A stretch of 32,000 bases of DNA, taken from Candidatus Omnitrophota bacterium. GTDB taxonomy: Bacteria; Omnitrophota; Gorgyraeia; Duberdicusellales; 4484-171. The notes under the pieces were generated by a model. It saw nothing but the letters and a program-made list of their open reading frames with translations. It did not search any database and had not been told where the DNA came from. Numbering within the stretch: the stretch's first letter is position 1; the number at the start of each line of letters is the position of its first letter. Positions 10,662 through 17,308 of the stretch are shown here, piece by piece. The stretch lies in assembly GCA_021735045.1 (NCBI GenBank), contig JAIPHU010000011.1, forward strand, positions 1-32,000. Reading direction: 5' to 3'. The position numbers and the translations under genes were made by a program.

Positions 10662-11144
10662 ATGGCAAGGAAAAAAGAAAAAATTCTCGATGTAGATGCG
10701 ACCATGCAGGGGAGTTTGGTTTTTTCTGATCCGGTTAATTTAAGGATAAATGGAGAGTTTGATGGAAATTTGACTACTAAAGGAAGCTTAATTATCGGCG
10801 AAACTGCTTCTGTAAAAGCTCAGATTAAAGGAGAAAACGTAGTTATTTCTGGTAAAGTAAACGGTACAATTAAAGCTGATAATGTTAAGTTATTTTCTAC
10901 TTCTGAAGTTTATGGAGATATCCAAGCCGGTAAGATTTCTATAGAAGAAGGAGCAGTCTTTGATGGCAGATGCCAGATGTCAGACAATAAAGTTTCTTTA
11001 GCTGAAATTTCAGATTATTTGTCAGTAGAGAAAGACAAAATCATAGAATGGGTTGAAACTGACAAGATTCCAGTTGAAAAAGAAGGTAAAAAATTGTGGT
11101 TTGATCGCAGGAAGGTAGATCAGTGGATGGCCACCAAGACATGA
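10662..11144 (+). CDS. Bactofilin-domain protein with a C-terminal excisionase/MerR-type helix-turn-helix
   Basis: The beta-helical bactofilin repeat pattern (INGEFDGNL.. GSLIIGETASVKAQIKGENVVISGKVNGTIKADNVKLFSTSEVYGDIQAGKISIEEGAVFDGRCQM) is followed by LAEISDYLSVEKDKIIEWVETDKIPVEKEGKKLWFDRRKVDQWM. SD aaggagg upstream. Confidence 0.7.
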   Translation: MARKKEKILDVDATMQGSLVFSDPVNLRINGEFDGNLTTKGSLIIGETASVKAQIKGENVVISGKVNGTIKADNVKLFSTSEVYGDIQAGKISIEEGAVFDGRCQMSDNKVSLAEISDYLSVEKDKIIEWVETDKIPVEKEGKKLWFDRRKVDQWMATKT

Positions 11145-11247
11145 TAATAGCTAAAATGTAAATATAAAATCAATTCCCGACTCCAGTCGGAACTGTTTCA
11201 AACTATAACTAACTTCAAAAGTAAGAATAAACAAAAGGATTAAAAGT

Positions 11248-11553
11248 ATGAAGCCAAAATTAATGACTACCAGAGAAGTTTCTCATGAATTAGGGTTGTC
11301 TGAAAAAGAAATAATTCAGTTAGCTCAAAATAACAATATTCCTCATTTCCGTATTGGAGGAGAATTCTTACGGTTTAAAAAAGAAGACATAATAAAAATT
11401 AAACCGAAGATAAGAAAAAAGTATGGTTTAAGTGAAAATAGCCGCAGTTTGAAAAATAGGACAAAAGAATTTTTGTATTTTAATGATTTTTATATTGGGT
11501 CAGTTATTATAATAACTGCACTGTTATGGCTGATAGTAAAAGATTTTTTTTAA
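11248..11553 (+). CDS. Excisionase-family HTH protein with a C-terminal transmembrane helix
   Basis: LMTTREVSHELGLSEKEIIQLAQNNNIPHFRIGGEFLRFKKEDI resembles the HTH_17/excisionase fold and the tail of the preceding gene. The C-terminus IGSVIIITALLWLIV is hydrophobic. Confidence 0.55.
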   Translation: MKPKLMTTREVSHELGLSEKEIIQLAQNNNIPHFRIGGEFLRFKKEDIIKIKPKIRKKYGLSENSRSLKNRTKEFLYFNDFYIGSVIIITALLWLIVKDFF

Positions 11554-11566
11554 GAGGGGGGAAATA

Positions 11567-11887
11567 ATGGTAACCTTTGAGGATTTTAAAAAATTAGAAC
11601 TAAAAATTGGGAAAATAATTAAGGTTGAAGAGCATCCTAATGCAGAAAAGTTGTATCTTTTGACTTTAGATTTAGGCCAAAAACAAATTCAACTGGTAGC
11701 AGGAATAAAACCTTTTTATAGTTTATCTGAACTAGAAGGTAAGCTTGTACCTGTTTTGGTAAATTTAGAACCGAAAAATATCCGTGGGGTTGATTCTCAA
11801 GGGATGCTTCTTGCCGCAGAATCTAAGGATGATGTTAGTATTTTGGTTTCGGATAAAGCCGTTGAACCAGGAGCTACAATTAGATAA
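11567..11887 (+). CDS. tRNA-binding domain protein (CsaA / MetRS C-terminal-like)
   Basis: F.KLELKIGKIIKVEEHPNAEKLYLLTLDLG ... VNLEPKNIRGVDSQGMLLAA is the OB-fold tRNA_bind pattern. Confidence 0.85.
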   Translation: MVTFEDFKKLELKIGKIIKVEEHPNAEKLYLLTLDLGQKQIQLVAGIKPFYSLSELEGKLVPVLVNLEPKNIRGVDSQGMLLAAESKDDVSILVSDKAVEPGATIR

Positions 11888-11889
11888 AA

Positions 11890-12303
11890 ATGCTTAAAAC
11901 TCATTATATTGAAAAAAAATTAAAGCCAGAATCAGATATGGTAGATATTACCCCTGATTTAGAAGAAATAGTTAAAAAAGAATCTTTAAAAGAGGCTTTA
12001 TTATTTCTTTCTTCTATTGGCTCGACAGCAGCTATAACAACAGCTGAATTTGAGTCAGGCTTGATTAAAGACCTAAAAGAAACCTTCGCTAAACTATTTC
12101 CTTTCAAAAAAGATTATTCTCATAATAATACTTGGGCAGATGATAATGCTCATTCCCATCTAAGAAGCTCTTTCCTAAAAACAAATTTTTTTGTTTCTAT
12201 AACTAATGGGAAACTTGATCTAGGGACCTGGCAACAAGTGATTTTGATAAACTTTGATACAAAAATAAGAAGCAGAAAAATTGCGGTTAAGGTTTTAAAC
12301 TAA
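11890..12303 (+). CDS. YjbQ/UPF0047-family protein (secondary thiamine-phosphate synthase-like)
   Basis: Size about 137 aa. DDNAHSHLRSSFL and LDLGTWQQVILINFD match the family's conserved His and GTWQ motifs. Confidence 0.75.
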   Translation: MLKTHYIEKKLKPESDMVDITPDLEEIVKKESLKEALLFLSSIGSTAAITTAEFESGLIKDLKETFAKLFPFKKDYSHNNTWADDNAHSHLRSSFLKTNFFVSITNGKLDLGTWQQVILINFDTKIRSRKIAVKVLN

Positions 12304-12312
12304 ACAGAAAAT

Positions 12313-12897
12313 TTGATTATGGATTTAAACAAAAATATTAAAAACTGTCCCCTGATTTTTCTAGATTTAGAAACTACTGGTTTATTGGTAGAAAGAAGTT
12401 CTATCTGTGAGGTCGCAGCTTTTTTAATTAAACAAGGCAAGATAGTAGATGAGTTCCACAGCTTAGTTCACCCTCATCAGAAAGTTCCTTATGCTGCGTT
12501 TTGCATACATAAAATTTCAGATAAAGATTTAATCGGTGCTCCTTATTTTGAAAATATTGCCGGTAATTTAGTTAATTTTTTATCCCAAGGTATTCTTTGT
12601 GCTTATAATGTTGCTTTTGATCTAGGATTTATAAACTACCAACTAAAAAAAAATAATAGAGAATATATAAACCCGCCCCTTATCGATGTATTAGCTATGG
12701 CAAAAAACATATTAAAGCTTAAAAGTTATAAGCTAGAGTCAGTAGCTAGGTTTTTTGGTTTAACTTCAAAGATACAGTTTCATCGGGCCAAAGATGACGC
12801 TTATGTAACCTATTTAATTTTTTCTAAATTAATTGAAATTATAGAAAAAAAAGAGCCGATGCAAGCTAAAGAGTTCATTAACCTATATGGTCTGTAA
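12313..12897 (+). CDS. DnaQ-like 3'-5' exonuclease (DEDDh)
   Basis: ExoI IFLDLETTGL, ExoII AYNVAFDLGF, ExoIII FHRAKDDAYVT. The alternative start ATG 12319 is also possible. Confidence 0.85.
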   Translation: MIMDLNKNIKNCPLIFLDLETTGLLVERSSICEVAAFLIKQGKIVDEFHSLVHPHQKVPYAAFCIHKISDKDLIGAPYFENIAGNLVNFLSQGILCAYNVAFDLGFINYQLKKNNREYINPPLIDVLAMAKNILKLKSYKLESVARFFGLTSKIQFHRAKDDAYVTYLIFSKLIEIIEKKEPMQAKEFINLYGL

Positions 12898-12996
12898 TCA
12901 GTGAATGTACAAAGATAATCAGCGAATATATAAATAAGAATAAATAAACATTCGTATATTCGTAAAGATTAGTAAATTCGTTGATAATGATTGATT
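12896..12996 (+). repeat. Imperfect palindrome, acgaat family copy 3, with the 31-bp core in reverse orientation at 12955-12985
   Basis: The reverse complement of 12955-12985 is atcaacgaatttactaatctttacgaatata, 1 mismatch to copy 2. cgaatata (12923-12930) pairs with tatattcg (12955-12962). Confidence 0.85.
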
Positions 12997-13025
12997 GCCA
13001 AATATTTCTATAAAGGGGAAGTTGC

Positions 13026-13054
13026 TTGATATTAATAAGAAAAAACAGTATAAT
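13026..13054 (+). promoter_or_regulatory. Sigma70-type promoter TTGATA-17 nt-TATAAT upstream of the Lrp/AsnC gene
   Basis: ttgata at 13026-13031, a 17-nt spacer, then tataat at 13049-13054. It sits about 90 nt upstream of ATG 13143. Confidence 0.6.
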
Positions 13055-13142
13055 TCAAATAAGGGTTAGAGGTTAAGAGCAAAGAAATTATGTAGGGAAC
13101 AGGCCTGTCTGTTCCGTTAAGTATTGTGCAAGGAGGTTAAGA

Positions 13143-13625
13143 ATGGATCAAATTTTAGAGATTTTAGAGGATAATGCTAGATTATCTATAGAAGATTTAA
13201 AAAAATTAACTGGAAAGACTAAGAAACAAATCCAGTCAGCTATTAAAAAATATGAAAAAAAAGGGATTATTGTTAAATATAAAACTCTAATTAATAAGGA
13301 AAAGGTAAAAGATTATCAAAAAGTCGTGGCTTTAATTGAAGTAGAGGTAAATCCTCAAAAAGATGTGGGTTTTGATCTGATCGCTCAAAGAATTTATAGG
13401 TTCTCAGAAGTAAAAAATTGTTTTCTTTTATCTGGGACTTATGATCTTTTAATTGAAGTAGTAGGCCCCGACATTAATACTGTAGCTAGTTTTGTCTCAG
13501 AGAAACTTTCTCCTTTAAGTTCAGTAAAAAGAACTGCTACCCATTTTATGTTGAAAAAATATAAGGAAGATGGAGTGGTTTTAGTGAAAAAAGATAAAAA
13601 TAGAAGGTTACCGATAAGCTACTAA
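13143..13625 (+). CDS. Lrp/AsnC-family transcriptional regulator
   Basis: N-terminal winged HTH (ILEILEDNARLSIEDLKKLTGKTKKQIQSAIKKYEKKGII) plus a C-terminal RAM/AsnC_trans_reg-like domain. SD aggagg at 13131-13136. Confidence 0.8.
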   Translation: MDQILEILEDNARLSIEDLKKLTGKTKKQIQSAIKKYEKKGIIVKYKTLINKEKVKDYQKVVALIEVEVNPQKDVGFDLIAQRIYRFSEVKNCFLLSGTYDLLIEVVGPDINTVASFVSEKLSPLSSVKRTATHFMLKKYKEDGVVLVKKDKNRRLPISY

Positions 13626-13626
13626 T

Positions 13627-13706
13627 TAGCTCTTAGCTCATAGCTGATGGCTGATGGATTATAAAAAGAATAGCAATGAGCCATGAGCAATGAGCCATGA
13701 GCTGGT
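13627..13706 (+). repeat. Imperfect palindrome with heptamer-repeat arms between the Lrp/AsnC gene and the aminotransferase gene
   Basis: Left arm: tagctct tagctca tagctga tggctga tgg (13627-13657). Right arm: agcaatg agccatg agcaatg agccatg agctggt (13672-13706). The arms are complementary words around an A-rich loop. Confidence 0.9.
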
Positions 13707-13728
13707 TCGATAATCACGGATTAGGAAA

Positions 13729-14886
13729 ATGAAAGAAATGATATCTAAGCATGTAGAAAAGATGGCTCCTTCAGGGATAAGGGAGTTTTTTGATTTAGTT
13801 TTAGGTATGCCCGATGTTATATCCTTAGGAGTGGGGGAACCGGACTTTATTACTCCTTGGAGGATTAGGGAAAAAGCTATTACTGCTTTAGAAGAAGGAG
13901 TTACTTCATATACTTCAAATCAAGGCTTATTTCTGCTGAGGGATTCCATAGCTGACCACCTAAAAACTCAGTACAGATTAAATTATAAGCCGGATAAAGA
14001 AATTTTGATTACCGTAGGAGTAAGTGAGGGCCTAGATTTATCACTCAGGGCTATTCTTGAACCTAAAGACAAAGTAATTGTAGTTGCCCCTTATTATGTT
14101 GCTTATCCGGCTTTGGTTGAATTAAATCATGGCAAAGTTTTATTGCTTGAAACTAAGCAAGAAGATAACTTTAAGATTGATCCAAAAAAATTATCCCAAC
14201 TTCTAAAACAAAATCCTAAAGCAATAATATTAAACTATCCTTCAAACCCTAGTGGAGCAACCTATACAGCCCCAGAGCTAAAAAAAATATGGAATCTTTT
14301 AGCTAAAAAAGAGCTTATCGTTATAAGCGATGAAACTTATGACCTACTTACTTATGGTCAAAAACATATTTGTTTTCCTAGTTTGGCTAAATCAGCAAAA
14401 GAAAAAACTATTCTTTTGAACGGTTTTTCTAAAGGACATGCTATGACTGGATTCCGGGTAGGGTTTGCTTGTGGGAGTTCTGAAATTATTCAAGCTATGA
14501 CAAAGATACATTCTTATTCTGTAATGTGCGGGCCGGTTATATCTCAAGTTGCAGCTACCGAGGCTTTATTAGCAAAAAAAGAGGTTAAAACTATGAAAAC
14601 CGAATATATGCGAAGAAGAGATTTTTTAGTAGAAGAGTTGGGTAGATTGGGTTTTTCGGTTTCATTGCCTCAAGGAGCATTTTATTGTTTTGCTTCTTTA
14701 GAGAAATTTAAATTCAACTCTTTAGATTTTGCCAAAAAACTATTAGTTAAAGAAAAAGTAGCTGTTGTTCCCGGCTTAGCTTTTGGTAAAAATTATAAAA
14801 AATATATCCGCTTATCTTATGCCAACTCTTTAGATAATCTCAAAGAAGCTATTGTAAGGATAGAAAGATTTTTAAAAAGTTTATAA
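13729..14886 (+). CDS. Pyridoxal-phosphate-dependent aminotransferase, class I/II (aspartate aminotransferase-like)
   Basis: LGVGEPDF, NYPSNPSGA and NGFSKGHAMTGFRVGF (PLP-lysine SK motif). Length 385 aa. Confidence 0.9.
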   Translation: MKEMISKHVEKMAPSGIREFFDLVLGMPDVISLGVGEPDFITPWRIREKAITALEEGVTSYTSNQGLFLLRDSIADHLKTQYRLNYKPDKEILITVGVSEGLDLSLRAILEPKDKVIVVAPYYVAYPALVELNHGKVLLLETKQEDNFKIDPKKLSQLLKQNPKAIILNYPSNPSGATYTAPELKKIWNLLAKKELIVISDETYDLLTYGQKHICFPSLAKSAKEKTILLNGFSKGHAMTGFRVGFACGSSEIIQAMTKIHSYSVMCGPVISQVAATEALLAKKEVKTMKTEYMRRRDFLVEELGRLGFSVSLPQGAFYCFASLEKFKFNSLDFAKKLLVKEKVAVVPGLAFGKNYKKYIRLSYANSLDNLKEAIVRIERFLKSL

Positions 14887-14932
14887 ATCCACCAGATATT
14901 TTCAGCTGGTTAAACCTAGTCTAAATCAAAAA

Positions 14933-17308
14933 ATGAATAAAAAGATATCTATAGTTGTGGCTATTCTATTTTTTCTTGGCTGTAGTGGTGTTATTGACCA
15001 AACCAACTTAGCCGGCATTAATTCTTTGGACCAACTAGAGAAAAAATATGATTATTTATCTAGGCAGTATCAGAAGAAATTAAGAAAAGATCCCAATAAT
15101 AAAAAATTACGTCTAAAGCTAGCGAATTTTTACTATAAGTTTAGGGATTATCAAAAGATTGAGAATATCCTTAGCAATATAGATAGCTATAAGGCAAGAC
15201 GACTTTTAGCCAAGTCATTGGCTAAGCAAAAAAAATATGACCAAGCTATAGAAGTTTATCAAATAATAAAAGATAAGTTAAAAGACCCAGAAGGGTTATT
15301 TTTGTATGGAGAAACCTTAGAACAAAAAAACTTATTTCCCAAAGCTTTAGAAATATATGCTAAGGTGGGAAAACCCTATGCCAGAGAAGCTAATAAAAAA
15401 ATTAAGTCTATACAAAAAAAGATAGCTAATATCGTCCCTGAGGGTATCAAACAACTATCTAAACAAGCTGAAAGTTTTCTTGCTAAAACTAAAGATGAAG
15501 CAGCAGTAATACTTTCAGTAGATGAATCAATTGAAATTTTACCAAATCATACCTCTGTCTCTACCATCTGTGTTGTTAAACAAGTTTTAAAAGAGAGGGG
15601 CAAGGAGTTAGCTGAAGTAAAAATTGGTTACGATTCAACTTATGAAAAGATAGAGCTTGAATATGCCAGAACAATAACTAAAGATAAAAAAGTAGTTTCT
15701 GTTGGAAAAGAAAATATTCGTGATGTAAGCAGATACCTTGATTTTCCGCTTTATAGTAACTCTAGGGCATTTATTATATCTATGCCGTCAGTTGGTATAG
15801 GGTCTTATCTAGAATACAAGGTTAAAATCTATTCTTCAAAACTCATAGCTAAAGATAACTTTAATTTTATTTATCGGCTTAGAGAAAAATATCCGATATT
15901 TAAAGCTAACTTCAAACTCACCGTTCCTAAAGACAAAGAAGTTAATATTAAGTTTTTTAACCAAAACCAAGCTAAAGATATTAGCCTGGAGCCACTTTTA
16001 GAAAGGGGCAGAAAAAAGAAAATATATAGCTGGAGCTTTAAACAGTTAAACTCAATAGTGCCTGAATACAATATGCCGCCTTTTCCTTACATTAATCCTG
16101 CGATTTTGGTTTCTAGTTTTTCTTCTTGGCAAGAAATCTATAGCTGGTGGTTTTCTTTATACGCTGATAAACTGCAAACAACTTTAGAGATGGAAAGATT
16201 ATTAAAAGATCTTATCAAAGATAAAAAAACCAATAAAGATAAAGCAAAAGCAATTTATGAATATGTAGCTAAAAATATCCGCTATGTAGCAGTTGAATAT
16301 GGTGATAGCGGGTACCAACCACATTCAGCCAGTGAGGTATTTGTTAATAAATATGGTGATTGTAAAGACCAAGCTGTTCTTTTGGTGGCTTTGCTCCAAG
16401 AAGCTGGCTTGGATGCTTACCCTGTGCTTATTCCTACCCGAAGCAGTTACCCGATTAATAAAAATTTTCCTTCCATTAATTTTAATCATGCTATAGCAGC
16501 TACCCGTATTGATGGTAACTTTATATTTATGGATCCTACTTCAAACACTACCCCTTTTGGCCAGATTCCTTTGCCAGATCAAGATAGAGCAGTTCTTTTG
16601 TTTTTAAAAGAAGGCTATAAGGTCTTAAAGACTCCCTCTAGCAAAGATAATGGGATAGAATATTTAATGGATATCAATATTGATGAATCAGAAGATGCTG
16701 AAATAACACGGGAAGTATCTACCAAAGGTTATTATGCTTCAGGCTACAGGAGTTATCTAAAATATACTCATCCTTCTAGAATCAAAGAAGATATTAGCCA
16801 AAAAATGGTAGAGATATCTCCTTTTTCCCATCTTCTTAATTTAACTGTTAAAAATGAAAAAGATTTAGATAAACAGCCTTTATTAATCTATAGTTTTGTT
16901 GCTGATAATTTTTTAAGCCCTTCTGGGGCATTTCGCATCCTTGAGCCTTTGGATCAATTTAATTTTAAGGCTAGCCTCATCAGTAAAGAAGAAAGAAATT
17001 TTCCCATAGATTTTGGAGGAATATTTTCTAAAACGGCTCGAATCAAAGTTGTCTTGCCTCCCAATATAAAAGTAAAATATTTACCGGATTCTAAAAATTT
17101 TGAAAATAAGTGGTTTAGCTTAAATACCAACTATAAAAGTAAAGAACAAACTATTAATTTCTCTCAAATTTTTTCAGTAAAAAAGAGATTTGTTTCTAAA
17201 AAAGAATATCAAGATTTTAGAAAAAAGTTTAAAGAAATAATTTATTATCTAAAAGGACAAATAATTTTAAAAACCGAAAAAACCAAGCGGGTAGATAATG
17301 ACAGATAA
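14933..17308 (+). CDS. Lipoprotein with TPR-like N-terminus, DUF3857-like region and transglutaminase-like cysteine protease core
   Basis: Lipobox FFLGCSG. Transglutaminase-core Cys motif YGDCKDQAVLLVALLQEAGLDAYPVLI followed by NHAIA...MDPT (His/Asp). Confidence 0.8.
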   Translation: MNKKISIVVAILFFLGCSGVIDQTNLAGINSLDQLEKKYDYLSRQYQKKLRKDPNNKKLRLKLANFYYKFRDYQKIENILSNIDSYKARRLLAKSLAKQKKYDQAIEVYQIIKDKLKDPEGLFLYGETLEQKNLFPKALEIYAKVGKPYAREANKKIKSIQKKIANIVPEGIKQLSKQAESFLAKTKDEAAVILSVDESIEILPNHTSVSTICVVKQVLKERGKELAEVKIGYDSTYEKIELEYARTITKDKKVVSVGKENIRDVSRYLDFPLYSNSRAFIISMPSVGIGSYLEYKVKIYSSKLIAKDNFNFIYRLREKYPIFKANFKLTVPKDKEVNIKFFNQNQAKDISLEPLLERGRKKKIYSWSFKQLNSIVPEYNMPPFPYINPAILVSSFSSWQEIYSWWFSLYADKLQTTLEMERLLKDLIKDKKTNKDKAKAIYEYVAKNIRYVAVEYGDSGYQPHSASEVFVNKYGDCKDQAVLLVALLQEAGLDAYPVLIPTRSSYPINKNFPSINFNHAIAATRIDGNFIFMDPTSNTTPFGQIPLPDQDRAVLLFLKEGYKVLKTPSSKDNGIEYLMDINIDESEDAEITREVSTKGYYASGYRSYLKYTHPSRIKEDISQKMVEISPFSHLLNLTVKNEKDLDKQPLLIYSFVADNFLSPSGAFRILEPLDQFNFKASLISKEERNFPIDFGGIFSKTARIKVVLPPNIKVKYLPDSKNFENKWFSLNTNYKSKEQTINFSQIFSVKKRFVSKKEYQDFRKKFKEIIYYLKGQIILKTEKTKRVDNDR

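Noticed and set aside
10487-10705. A 72-aa minus-strand ORF spanning the MgtC-family/bactofilin intergenic region.
   Set aside because: It is made up of the palindromic repeat plus the antisense of two gene ends. The product is low-complexity (F/L/S-rich) and there is no SD.
11174-11191. A short GC hairpin, tcccgac(tcca)gtcggaa, after the bactofilin-HTH gene, considered as a terminator.
   Set aside because: It has only 5 contiguous base pairs plus one more after a mismatch, and no clear U-run (actgtttcaaac). That is too weak to annotate.
8947-13000. Integron attC sites. The observation was imperfect palindromes directly behind co-oriented ORFs with AAC...GTT ends (atcAACgaat ... attcGTTgat).
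   Set aside because: The flanking genes are core housekeeping genes (ctpA, tsaD, exonuclease) rather than cassettes. No intI/attI is present. The terminal words do not fit RYYYAAC/GTTRRRY consistently.
16293-16496. Same-strand nested ORFs in alternative frames: 16293-16496, 26165-26395 and 26979-27170.
   Set aside because: They are embedded in the transglutaminase-like, KSalpha and CLF genes. There is no SD or recognisable motif, and the primary frames carry the conserved catalytic motifs.
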